A DNA stretch of 47,472 bases from Patescibacteria group bacterium (GCA_038061925.1 JBBTYD010000015.1:1-47472), one strand, 5' to 3'. Shown: positions 38,874 to 47,408, counted from the stretch's first letter. A program made the numbers and translations. Notes: generated by a model not told the origin, from the letters alone.

Positions 38874-40616
38874 TTAATACACTTCCTGCTGATAACATTT
38901 TTCGCAATAGACTATTTCTGGACGATCGGGTGAATAGGACGTTTCAAATTCATTTAGGCAATTGCCTTGATGAGCATGATTGCTTTGGGAACACATACAA
39001 GATCTAGGCCAAAGATTATTCGGCTGACGTTTGGAGAGTCTTTTGTAATGTCTACAGTTTGGACAAAGCACGGGGAGCGGTAGGTGGTTGAAACGATAAA
39101 ATTGCAATTCGTTCTGAATAATTTTAAATGCGATTGTGCATTGTTGATTACAATCTCCCCCGTGAGCGCAGGCTATTACTTCATTTAAAATATGATCACT
39201 CACTAAATTAATATTCGTTGGTAATTCATTGGCTGACATAGTTGGAATATAATTTTTTGGATCCGGTTCCTTCCAGCGATATCCAGAAGCCAGAGCTTCT
39301 ATTTTGGTTTTTGGGAAATATTCTTGCGCGATAGTTTCATTATAAGCAAATGGGATCATATCAGAAGGAAAAAATTCTCCATAACTAATTGTTCGGCCGA
39401 CATTATCGACAAAAGGCGTATTTTTCATCTGTTCTTTGATTTTCGGAACTAAAACATTATATTCTTCTTTCGTATATTGCTTATTCAGAATACAATATTG
39501 CTTTTTGCGAAACCCCACGCAACCAAATAAATCCGAAGAAGAAAAACAATTTATGCAATATTCAGCCCGAGTCAATTGATCCCAAGATTCATTTGAAAAT
39601 AAAACCGAAGAACACTGCCGACCAACACTGGAAGTTTCATAAATTAATTCACTTCCATTGCCCCAATATGTATAATCCATTATATCTTTGGCTTGCTGAA
39701 CACCAAATAGGTATTTACCATCTTCCACCTTATCACAATTGAAAGAATTATTTACATTTTTTGAGTTTTCAATCCAATTGCCAGAGACATTTACGCAGTG
39801 ACGTTCTACAATGGAAGGAACAACATACTTGATAGATTCTTTTTTTACCACTTCTTCAATCTTTCCTATTTCCGCTCTATTATAAAGTTTTAGTTCAGAA
39901 ATTTTTGCTAAATATTCTTCTCTACTATATTGCTTATTAAAAATACAGTAAGATTTATTTCTTAGATTAGTGCACCCAAAACAATTTTGACAATTGCGAC
40001 AATTATTTAAAAAATAAGAATCAATGCATTCGTTACACTCTTTCGAATACTTTAGGCCGTTGCATTTATAACAATCCATGCATTCATAACATCTTTCACA
40101 TTTACGAGCATTATAACAATCCATGCAATTTTTAGAGTCCCAATACGATACACCATAATAACAATCTTCATTCGCATTGCTGGCAAAAACAAGATAGCAA
40201 TTCTTGGCATCACTCGTCCGGTTTACATACTCGCTATTTATTTGAAAACCCTGCTTGGCAATCCCTAACCTAGGAACACAGTCATAAAGTTTTTTATATT
40301 GCTCAAAGAAAGTTTTAGAAAAATCATAATCCACTCCAAATGTTTGCCCATCCCAATCATCACTATAAAAACAATCATGGCAATAAACTTTATATTTACT
40401 CTCTTTCGGAAAAACCAATATTTTATCTTCCTGGCAAAAATCACATTTTCTTTTATAGAGAGTTCTTTCATTGCGCATCAATAAACGCCTAATCAGCCGG
40501 CACTCCGGACAAAACGTCGGCGGTGGCACTTTTATTTTTTCATAAAAATTAAAATCTTCCGGCTCGATGGTGAAATCTTTTTTGCAATTCTGACACTGTT
40601 TTGTTTCTGTTTTCAT
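38874..40616 (-). CDS. Cys-rich repeat protein, paralog 4
   Basis: MKTETKQCQNC...KVPPPTFCPECR...YSPDRPEIVYCEKCYQQEVY; start ATG 40616. Confidence 0.85.
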   Translation of the reverse strand: MKTETKQCQNCKKDFTIEPEDFNFYEKIKVPPPTFCPECRLIRRLLMRNERTLYKRKCDFCQEDKILVFPKESKYKVYCHDCFYSDDWDGQTFGVDYDFSKTFFEQYKKLYDCVPRLGIAKQGFQINSEYVNRTSDAKNCYLVFASNANEDCYYGVSYWDSKNCMDCYNARKCERCYECMDCYKCNGLKYSKECNECIDSYFLNNCRNCQNCFGCTNLRNKSYCIFNKQYSREEYLAKISELKLYNRAEIGKIEEVVKKESIKYVVPSIVERHCVNVSGNWIENSKNVNNSFNCDKVEDGKYLFGVQQAKDIMDYTYWGNGSELIYETSSVGRQCSSVLFSNESWDQLTRAEYCINCFSSSDLFGCVGFRKKQYCILNKQYTKEEYNVLVPKIKEQMKNTPFVDNVGRTISYGEFFPSDMIPFAYNETIAQEYFPKTKIEALASGYRWKEPDPKNYIPTMSANELPTNINLVSDHILNEVIACAHGGDCNQQCTIAFKIIQNELQFYRFNHLPLPVLCPNCRHYKRLSKRQPNNLWPRSCMCSQSNHAHQGNCLNEFETSYSPDRPEIVYCEKCYQQEVY

Positions 40617-40643
40617 ACTTTTATCTCTCTGTCCATCAAAACC

Positions 40644-40664
40644 TGTCAAAGAGTCTCTTTGACA
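40644..40664. repeat. 21-bp palindrome, copy 2
   Basis: TGTCAAAGAG-T-CTCTTTGACA, with perfect arms. Confidence 0.85.
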
Positions 40665-40671
40665 CTCTAAT

Positions 40672-40704
40672 TTAAGCTATATTTTGCTTGTAACATTCCT
40701 CGCA
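40672..40704 (-). pseudogene. C-terminal stub of a deleted Cys-rich paralog
   Basis: Translates CEECYKQNIA-stop; family C-terminus is CEKCYQQEVY-stop. Confidence 0.55.
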
Positions 40705-40725
40705 ACTGAACTCTGCAAATGTATT

Positions 40726-41379
40726 TTATTTTGCTCCGTTTTTATACTCATATACGTTGACCCTGGCCGGACGCATCACGCGTTCACCTAGCTTGTATCC
40801 TTTTTGAATTATATGGGAGACGGTATGATCAAATTCCTTTTGGTCGGTCGTTACCAACTCTATAGATTGATGAAAATTTGGGTCAAAACTTTCTCCCACC
40901 TCTCCAATAGGCTTGACTCCATATTCTTCAAAAATTGTGTTCATTTGTCCGTAAATATATTCCACTCCCTTCCGCCAATTTTCGTCCACTTTCTCCCAGG
41001 CTTCCTTGTTGGTAAAAGCCATATTGAAACTATCCAGCACCATTAAAAATCGAGTCAAAATCCGCTCACGTGTTGATTCAGAAAACATCGTTTTTCGAAC
41101 ATCTTCTTGTTTTCGATAATTGGCAAATTCCGCCCGTTCTTTTTGCCAGCCAGTCAGATATTCTTCCTTTTCTGCTTTACACGCTTTTAAACTATCTCTA
41201 AATTTCTTTAAAGTCTTTTTTAAATCTTCCTCCCCGTCTTCGTTGAATTCAAATTCAACGACTTCGGAAGTATCTGATTCAGCAGAATCACCTCTTCGAG
41301 CCTGAGCCTCAGAGCCGATGGCCCGAGCAACCTCGAGGGGTTTATTTTCAACATCTTTTTTAATTTCTTCGTCACTCAT
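40726..41379 (-). CDS. grpE: Nucleotide exchange factor GrpE
   Basis: RAEFANYRK, GESFDPNFHQSI, QKGY...RVMRPARV.V. Confidence 0.95.
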   Translation of the reverse strand: MSDEEIKKDVENKPLEVARAIGSEAQARRGDSAESDTSEVVEFEFNEDGEEDLKKTLKKFRDSLKACKAEKEEYLTGWQKERAEFANYRKQEDVRKTMFSESTRERILTRFLMVLDSFNMAFTNKEAWEKVDENWRKGVEYIYGQMNTIFEEYGVKPIGEVGESFDPNFHQSIELVTTDQKEFDHTVSHIIQKGYKLGERVMRPARVNVYEYKNGAK

Positions 41380-41459
41380 ACTAACATTTTAGCACAAAAA
41401 ATCCTCTTTTGCTAATTTATTTCCTTGCAATTTCTAGAATAATAATGTGATGAAAATGT

Positions 41460-41488
41460 AGCTGCGTTAGGCCTTGCCTAACGCAGCT
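41460..41488. repeat. Perfect 13-bp-stem intergenic palindrome
   Basis: AGCTGCGTTAGGC-CTT-GCCTAACGCAGCT. Confidence 0.7.
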
Positions 41489-41608
41489 CAAAAATAAAAT
41501 AAAAGTTCATAAAAAAAGAAATCAGGGCTACCCACGTTGTACTGTGAATAACCCTGAAATTTTTTTGAATTCAAGAATCAAAAGAGAAGACTCAAGGAAA
41601 ACGCAGAA

Positions 41609-42049
41609 TTATCGTTTAGACCATTGTGGAGCTTTTCTTGCTTTTTTCAATCCGAATTTTCTGCGTTCCTTCGCTCTCGGGTCGCGCTTTAAAAAACCTA
41701 ACGTTTTAAGACCTCCACGTAAAGTCGCGTCTGACAACACAAGAGCGCGAGAGAGACCATGGCGTATCGCTTCAGATTGAGAATGAATTCCTCCACCTGA
41801 CACGCGCGCCTCCACATTCCATTTTAAACCTACCTTCCCTTGTTCTACCTTTAATCCCTTTATCATCGGATCTAAAATTAAACGACGCTCTCCTTCTGTT
41901 TTAAAATATTCTTTGGCATCTTTGCCATTGATAATAAAATTCGCTTTGCTAGACTCAAAAATACGCACTCTGGCAGTTGAAGTTTTGCGTCTTCCCACCG
42001 CTTCGAAGTATTTCTCTTTTGATTTTTTTGTTGTTATTTCTTTATCCAT
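41609..42049 (-). CDS. rpsI: 30S ribosomal protein S9
   Basis: GRRKTSTARV, GGG..SQ..AIRHG, KKARKAPQWSKR. Confidence 0.98.
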   Translation of the reverse strand: MDKEITTKKSKEKYFEAVGRRKTSTARVRIFESSKANFIINGKDAKEYFKTEGERRLILDPMIKGLKVEQGKVGLKWNVEARVSGGGIHSQSEAIRHGLSRALVLSDATLRGGLKTLGFLKRDPRAKERRKFGLKKARKAPQWSKR

Positions 42050-42065
42050 TATTTTTTCTTTTTTA

Positions 42066-42422
42066 TTAATCTTCTATTTTTAAATTTTTCATCATTGTTC
42101 TTCGTAATTTATTGGAAGGCAACATTTTGTAAGTCGCCAGTTTTATTAACTCGGATAAACCTTTTTTCTTAACCGTTTCGGTGCCTTTTAAAATGCGCAG
42201 TCCTCCGGGAATACCTGAATATCGAGTGTGATAAATTGACTCTAACTTTCTGGGGGTAATCCGAAGCTTGGTGGCATTAATAACTTTTACAGGTATGCCA
42301 CAATAAATATTGCGTTCAAAACTCGCCTTGGTCTTACCCATTAAAGACATCGCTACTTCACTGGCAACTCTTCCCAAAGTTCTATTTTTCGCGTCTATTG
42401 TTTTTGTCTCATTTTTTTTCAT
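42066..42422 (-). CDS. rplM: 50S ribosomal protein L13 (short form)
   Basis: IDA...LGRVAS.VA..L.GK, YSG.PGGL, MLP.NKL. Confidence 0.93.
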   Translation of the reverse strand: MKKNETKTIDAKNRTLGRVASEVAMSLMGKTKASFERNIYCGIPVKVINATKLRITPRKLESIYHTRYSGIPGGLRILKGTETVKKKGLSELIKLATYKMLPSNKLRRTMMKNLKIED

Positions 42423-42772
42423 ACAAATTCTATTATAGCCATCGGAGCTCCATCGGCTTTTCGCGCTCCTAATTTTAATATTCGGGTATAACCACCTTTT
42501 CTATCTACATACTTGGGCGCGATAACTTCAAAAAGTTTTTTCACCTCCGAGCGTCTATTCCCGAGTGAAGATATTATTAATCGACGAGTGGCTAGATCGC
42601 CCCGCTTAGCTTTAGTCACAAGCTTTTCAATAAAAGGTCGCAGTTCTTTTGCTTTCGGTTCGGTCGTTTTTATTTTTCCACGCACGATCAAATTTAACGC
42701 CAAAGAATTAATCAAGGCATTCCTGACTTTTCTAACTCTTCCGAATTTTCTTTTATTATTGCCGTGTCGCAT
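42419..42772 (-). CDS. rplQ: 50S ribosomal protein L17
   Basis: MRH, IKTT..KAKELR, GGYTRI. Confidence 0.98.
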   Translation of the reverse strand: MRHGNNKRKFGRVRKVRNALINSLALNLIVRGKIKTTEPKAKELRPFIEKLVTKAKRGDLATRRLIISSLGNRRSEVKKLFEVIAPKYVDRKGGYTRILKLGARKADGAPMAIIEFV

Positions 42773-42775
42773 ATA

Positions 42776-43762
42776 TTATTCTTTTAAATTAAGTCCGAAC
42801 TTACCAAGCACTTTTTTAATCTCCGAAATTCCTTTCTCTCCAATACCTTCGACTTCCAGCAAATCTTCTCTTTTCTTTCTAGCCAATCCTCCCAACGTGC
42901 GAATATTTGCGCCAGTTAAAGCGTTTAAGGTTCTGGTAGAAAGGTCTAGACTGTCCGTTCGAGTCTTTAAAATATCAGCAAAATCAGACCCCCCGCCTGC
43001 ATTGCTTGGCGAAGCATTGCGGACAGATTTTTTCTCTTCTGCCTCTTTCTCCACGGTGGGGATTTCTTCTGTTTCTTTAAAATCAACAATAGCCTTGAGT
43101 TGATTGATCATAATTTCAATAGATTTTGAAAGCGCTTCACGCGGTGTCAGCGTTCCATCTGTTTCGATTGTAATTCTTAAGCGATTATGGTTAGTTTTAT
43201 CTCCCACTCGCATATTTTCAACTTCATAAGAAACCCGACGGACTGGAGTAAAGATAGCGTCAACGGCAATTGTGCCAACATCAACTTTTTCTTTCTGAAA
43301 GGCTTCTTTAGAAATAAATCCCAGTCCTTTTTCAATTCTCATCTCAATATTTAAATTCACCTTGCCGGTGACCTCCACTATATGAAGTTCTGGATTTAAA
43401 ATCTCCACTTGCCCACCGGTCTTTATATCTCCCGCAGTGACACCTTTGGGACCCTTGATAGAGAGCGCGACCGTCTGAGGTTCATCAGATATCATTTTAA
43501 AACAAGTCTTCTTTAAATTTAGAATCATTACAATCACATCTTCTTTAATTCCATCGAGTGTTTGAAACTCGTGATTTACACCGTCAATTTTAATAGAGGT
43601 GAGACTGGCGCCTGGCAATGAAGAGAGAATAATTCTTCGCAAGCTATTTCCTAGTGTGTGACCATACCCGGGATATAGACCATCTATTTCAAAAACTCCT
43701 TTATTGCCGTCTTCCAAAACAACGCGAGGTTTGGAAGGCATAACTATTTTATATTCAGGCAT
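42776..43762 (-). CDS. rpoA: RNA polymerase alpha subunit
   Basis: GYGHTLGNSLRRIILSS, DAIFTPV; alpha-CTD LSTRTLNAL. Confidence 0.98.
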   Translation of the reverse strand: MPEYKIVMPSKPRVVLEDGNKGVFEIDGLYPGYGHTLGNSLRRIILSSLPGASLTSIKIDGVNHEFQTLDGIKEDVIVMILNLKKTCFKMISDEPQTVALSIKGPKGVTAGDIKTGGQVEILNPELHIVEVTGKVNLNIEMRIEKGLGFISKEAFQKEKVDVGTIAVDAIFTPVRRVSYEVENMRVGDKTNHNRLRITIETDGTLTPREALSKSIEIMINQLKAIVDFKETEEIPTVEKEAEEKKSVRNASPSNAGGGSDFADILKTRTDSLDLSTRTLNALTGANIRTLGGLARKKREDLLEVEGIGEKGISEIKKVLGKFGLNLKE

Positions 43763-43791
43763 AATATTTTTTTAAACTTAATAATAAAAAT

Positions 43792-44397
43792 TTAACGACT
43801 GTAAAATTCGAGCACCGCATTAAGGTCGATGAAGCTCTGAGTATTTTTTGGTTTATCTAAAATACGCCCCTCCAGACTGCCCGGATCAAAATTTACCCAA
43901 ACTGGAGGATTGTAATTTTTTAAATTCTCGGCAATATTATTAAAAATTTTTTTACTCTTAGATCCTTCCCGAATTTTTATAATGTCTCCAGACTTTAATT
44001 CATATGACGGAACAGTAACCCTTTGGTTATTGACCATAAAATGTCCATGAGAAACCATCTGTCGGGTCGCTCTGCGACTGGCTCCCAGACCCATTCTGTA
44101 AACTGCATTATCAAGACGAAATTCAAGTTCCTCGTAAAGTTTTTCTACGGTGCCAACCCCTTTGATTAGAGAAGCTTTTTTAACATAATTGGAGAGTTGA
44201 CGTTCGGATATGCCGTATGAAAAACGCGTTTTTTGTTTTTCAATAAGCTGCGCTCCATATTCAGTTGGAGCCTTTGGGCGACGCGCGCCAACCAAAGCCA
44301 GTTTGCCAGTCGCAGCCGAAAATTTAGCAGTTTGACATTTATCATAAACACCAGGGCCTAATCTTCGGCAAATTTTAAATTTCGGTTTACTGATCAT
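43792..44397 (-). CDS. rpsD: 30S ribosomal protein S4
   Basis: QL.EKQK, LE.RLDN.VYR.G, RQ.VSHGH, EFYSR. Confidence 0.97.
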   Translation of the reverse strand: MISKPKFKICRRLGPGVYDKCQTAKFSAATGKLALVGARRPKAPTEYGAQLIEKQKTRFSYGISERQLSNYVKKASLIKGVGTVEKLYEELEFRLDNAVYRMGLGASRRATRQMVSHGHFMVNNQRVTVPSYELKSGDIIKIREGSKSKKIFNNIAENLKNYNPPVWVNFDPGSLEGRILDKPKNTQSFIDLNAVLEFYSR

Positions 44398-44414
44398 AAT
44401 TTTTTATAACTTTT

Positions 44415-44867
44415 TTACACTCTTCTGGGTTTTTTGGCTTTCGGCCCATTATGAGGCACCGGCGTCGCATCTTTAATCGAAGTAATTTCAATACCATGAG
44501 CCATAAACGCTCTAATGGCAGGCTCCCGACCGGATCCAACTCCCAGAACCACTACATCCACATCTTTGACTCCAAGTATTGCGGCCTTGTTCCCAATTAC
44601 ATCACCCACCTTAGAAGCGGCAAATGGGGTTCCTTTTTTTGCCCCTCGGAAACCTAAACTTCCCGCGCTTGACCAAAATAATGTATTACCGGCCTTATCG
44701 GCCAAAAGCACTTTGGTATTGTTAAAAGTGGCATCAATAGACAAAACACCAGAAGTTACTTTCTTTTTTGGTGTTTTGGGTGGGACTTTTTTCGCCCCAC
44801 TTTCGGTGGGACGGGTTTCTTCTCCCGGTTGTTTTACTTCTTTAGTTGTAACTTTGACTTTTGTCAT
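44415..44867 (-). CDS. rpsK: 30S ribosomal protein S11
   Basis: TFNNT, GF.G.KKGTPFAA, D.TPVPHNG. Confidence 0.97.
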   Translation of the reverse strand: MTKVKVTTKEVKQPGEETRPTESGAKKVPPKTPKKKVTSGVLSIDATFNNTKVLLADKAGNTLFWSSAGSLGFRGAKKGTPFAASKVGDVIGNKAAILGVKDVDVVVLGVGSGREPAIRAFMAHGIEITSIKDATPVPHNGPKAKKPRRV

Positions 44868-44869
44868 TT

Positions 44870-45250
44870 TTATGTCTTGGTTTCTTTTCTCCTACCGGAG
44901 GCCATTGTTTTTCTGACGTTACCCCGAACCGTTCGAGAATTTGTTTTTGTCCGCTGTCCGCGAACTGGTAATCTTTTTATGTGACGAATACCTCGGTAAC
45001 TTTTAATATCCTTCAGTCTCTTAATATTGGCTGAGATCTCTCTCTTTAAATTTCCTTCTATTGAAATTCCTTCGATGACAACCCGAATTTTGTTTTCCTC
45101 ATCTAAAGTTAAATCTCTAGCGCGCCGACCACGATCAATACCCAACTGATCTAAAATCTGACGAGCTTTTGAAAAACCAATACCGTAGAGGCAAGTTAAA
45201 CCAATTTCAAGTCTTTTTTCATTTGGCACTGTAATTCCAAGAATTCTCAT
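44870..45250 (-). CDS. rpsM: 30S ribosomal protein S13
   Basis: YGIG, YRG.RH..LPVRGQRTKTNSRT. Confidence 0.98.
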   Translation of the reverse strand: MRILGITVPNEKRLEIGLTCLYGIGFSKARQILDQLGIDRGRRARDLTLDEENKIRVVIEGISIEGNLKREISANIKRLKDIKSYRGIRHIKRLPVRGQRTKTNSRTVRGNVRKTMASGRRKETKT

Positions 45251-45257
45251 AATAAAA

Positions 45258-45368
45258 TTATTGTCTTTGCTTATGTTTAGGATTAGAGCAAGTTATACGT
45301 AAATGCCTGGCCCTTCTGACTATTTTACAATTATCACAAATTTTTTTTACGGCTGACTTAATTTTCAT
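45258..45368 (-). CDS. rpmJ: 50S ribosomal protein L36
   Basis: Not in the ORF track. [36 protein letters not shown]; canonical position between infA and rpsM. Confidence 0.95.
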   Translation of the reverse strand: MKIKSAVKKICDNCKIVRRARHLRITCSNPKHKQRQ

Positions 45369-45493
45369 AAAATATAAGAGGCTTAGTAACAACAAAAGAA
45401 AAAACAAGGAAAAAACCCTTATTTTTCAATATATTTACTTTTTAAAAACCGCAATTAAGCGACAAGTGCTATAATACACTATTCTTTAAAAAA

Positions 45494-45739
45494 TTACAAC
45501 CTTTTAATGATTCTCCCCTTTCCTCCATATGGGTCAAGCACAATTTCGACTGAATCTCCAATTAAAACTTTAATTCTATGCATCCGCATTTTCCCTGAAA
45601 GATACGCCAAAATTTCTTTCTCCTCTTTGATATTTTTTTCCTTTTTATCCTCTATTTTAACTCTAAACAAAGTGGAGGGCAACGCTTCAGTGACAATTCC
45701 CCTTGCTGTCAATAATTTTTCGTTCTTCAAGTCACTCAT
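45494..45739 (-). CDS. infA: Translation initiation factor IF-1
   Basis: G.VTEALP...FRV, LAYLSGKMR...I....GD.V. Confidence 0.96.
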   Translation of the reverse strand: MSDLKNEKLLTARGIVTEALPSTLFRVKIEDKKEKNIKEEKEILAYLSGKMRMHRIKVLIGDSVEIVLDPYGGKGRIIKRL

Positions 45740-45817
45740 TTTATTCTAAAATAATACTAAAATTGCAAACAAAGGTCAAGACACTTTTTTGTTGATAACA
45801 TTTCCAATTTTAAACTC

Positions 45818-45843
45818 AAAAACCGCCCTTGCGAACGGTTTTT
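45818..45843 (-). terminator. Probable terminator after the RRM gene
   Basis: AAAAACCG-N10-CGGTTTTT. Confidence 0.5.
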
Positions 45844-45862
45844 AGGTTTTTCGGGAAAAGAA

Positions 45863-46186
45863 TTAATATTCTCGGCGTCCACCTCCGCCACCTCCATATC
45901 CGCCTCGATCATTGCCACCCGAACGTGGTGGACGAGCTTCCATGGGACGAGCTTCGTTGACAGTGAGTTTGCGTCCTTCGAATTCTTGATCATTAAACAT
46001 CGAAACAGCTTTCTGCGCTTCTTCGTTTGTTGACATTTCTACGAATCCAAAACCTTTTGAACGACCAGACATCTTGTCCATAATAATCACAGCGGATACT
46101 ACAGATCCAGCCTGTGCGAAGAGCTCTTTAAGAGCGCCTTCCACCGTACTGTAAGGAAGTCCCCCTACATATAGCTTTGTAGCCAT
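45863..46186 (-). CDS. RRM RNA-binding protein with Gly-rich tail
   Basis: RNP2 LYVGGL, RNP1 KGFGFVEM, VNEARP. Confidence 0.95.
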   Translation of the reverse strand: MATKLYVGGLPYSTVEGALKELFAQAGSVVSAVIIMDKMSGRSKGFGFVEMSTNEEAQKAVSMFNDQEFEGRKLTVNEARPMEARPPRSGGNDRGGYGGGGGGRREY

Positions 46187-46307
46187 AACTTATTTCTTCC
46201 TTTTTTAATAAAAAGGACAAAAAACTATTTATAATGCCTGCTTACCGTTAAGCAAGATGAGGGCTAATTTTAACATAAAATAAAAATGAAGCAACTTAAG
46301 CTGTGGA

Positions 46308-47120
46308 TTATTCCCCTTTTTCATTCCCCATCACTCCAGAATCGATATCTTTAATTATTTCTCCAATGTCGCCTTCCATTATCCTAGGCAAATTGTGCCA
46401 GGATTTTTTTATTCGATGGTCCGTCACCCGATCTTGGGGAAAATTATAGGTGCGAATTTTTTCGGACCGGTCGGCGGTGCCTATTTGCTCTTTTCTAACA
46501 CCTGCATATTTTCTGGCCTCTTTTTCTTCTTCTAATTGTTGAAGCTTGGCCGTCAAAATCATCATCGCTTTTTCCCGATTGGCCAGCTGGCTTCGCTCAT
46601 TAGTGGAACGCACATCGAGCCCCGTTGGTTTGTGAATGATCCGAACGGCGGTTTCTACTTTGTTCACATTTTGTCCGCCCTTTCCGCCCGAACGAGAATA
46701 TTCCATTTCGAACTCGGAGGGGTCAATTTTAAAAGATATTTTTTTTCTAATCGGCAACACGGCGACCGAGGCGGTGGAGGTGTGAACTCGGCCATTTTTT
46801 TCGGTCGCGGGTATTCTTTGTACTCGATGCACACCTGTTTCATAACGCATTTTTTTAAAAATGTCTTTGCCCTTGATTTCAAAAGAAGCTTCTTTATAAC
46901 CGTTCAATTCACTTTTTGATTCATAATTAACTCTCCAGATAAAACCTTGCGATTCTGAAAATTTTTCATACATATGAGCCAGTTCCCAAGCGAAAAGAGA
47001 GGCTTCATCGCCCCCGGCCCCAGCCCGCACCTCTAATATTATTTCATTTGGAAATTCTTCTGTTCCCAATTCTTTTGTTCCCACATTTTCTTGATTTTTT
47101 TTCCATTCTTGCCAATCCAT
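46308..47120 (-). CDS. prfA: Peptide chain release factor 1, lacking the N-terminal domain
   Basis: RAGAGGDEA, GVHRVQRIPATE (PxT), GGQNVNK, RSEKIRTYNFPQDRVTDHR. Confidence 0.94.
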   Translation of the reverse strand: MDWQEWKKNQENVGTKELGTEEFPNEIILEVRAGAGGDEASLFAWELAHMYEKFSESQGFIWRVNYESKSELNGYKEASFEIKGKDIFKKMRYETGVHRVQRIPATEKNGRVHTSTASVAVLPIRKKISFKIDPSEFEMEYSRSGGKGGQNVNKVETAVRIIHKPTGLDVRSTNERSQLANREKAMMILTAKLQQLEEEKEARKYAGVRKEQIGTADRSEKIRTYNFPQDRVTDHRIKKSWHNLPRIMEGDIGEIIKDIDSGVMGNEKGE

Positions 47121-47338
47121 TATTTCTTGGCTTTAGCTGACGCAGCCTTGCGTTTGTTGAATCTTTCTACCCGTCCCGCCGTGTCCATAATTTTTTCATT
47201 ACCGGTATAAAAAGGATGACATTGACTGCAAATTTCCATCGTAATGGAAGGTAGAGTAGAACCCACTTCGAAAACCGCTCCGCAAGCGCAAGTGGCCTTT
47301 GTTTTTATATTGTATTTTGGATGTATATCTTTCTTCAT
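47120..47338 (-). CDS. rpmE: 50S ribosomal protein L31 (Zn-binding type)
   Basis: [29 protein letters not shown]. Confidence 0.98.
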   Translation of the reverse strand: MKKDIHPKYNIKTKATCACGAVFEVGSTLPSITMEICSQCHPFYTGNEKIMDTAGRVERFNKRKAASAKAKK

Positions 47339-47408
47339 TACTCGAAGAGAATATCACGATTTTAGTTCAAAAGCAAATAAACCACCCTTCCACTTACCTT
47401 GTTAAAGC

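Noticed and set aside
28720-40616. Diversity-generating retroelement acting on the Cys-rich paralogs
   Set aside because: No reverse transcriptase in the window, and differences between the repeats are not adenine-specific.
42513-43103. 196-aa plus-strand ORF and the many other 60-135-aa shadow ORFs
   Set aside because: They overlap well-supported genes antisense or out of frame and show no recognisable motifs.
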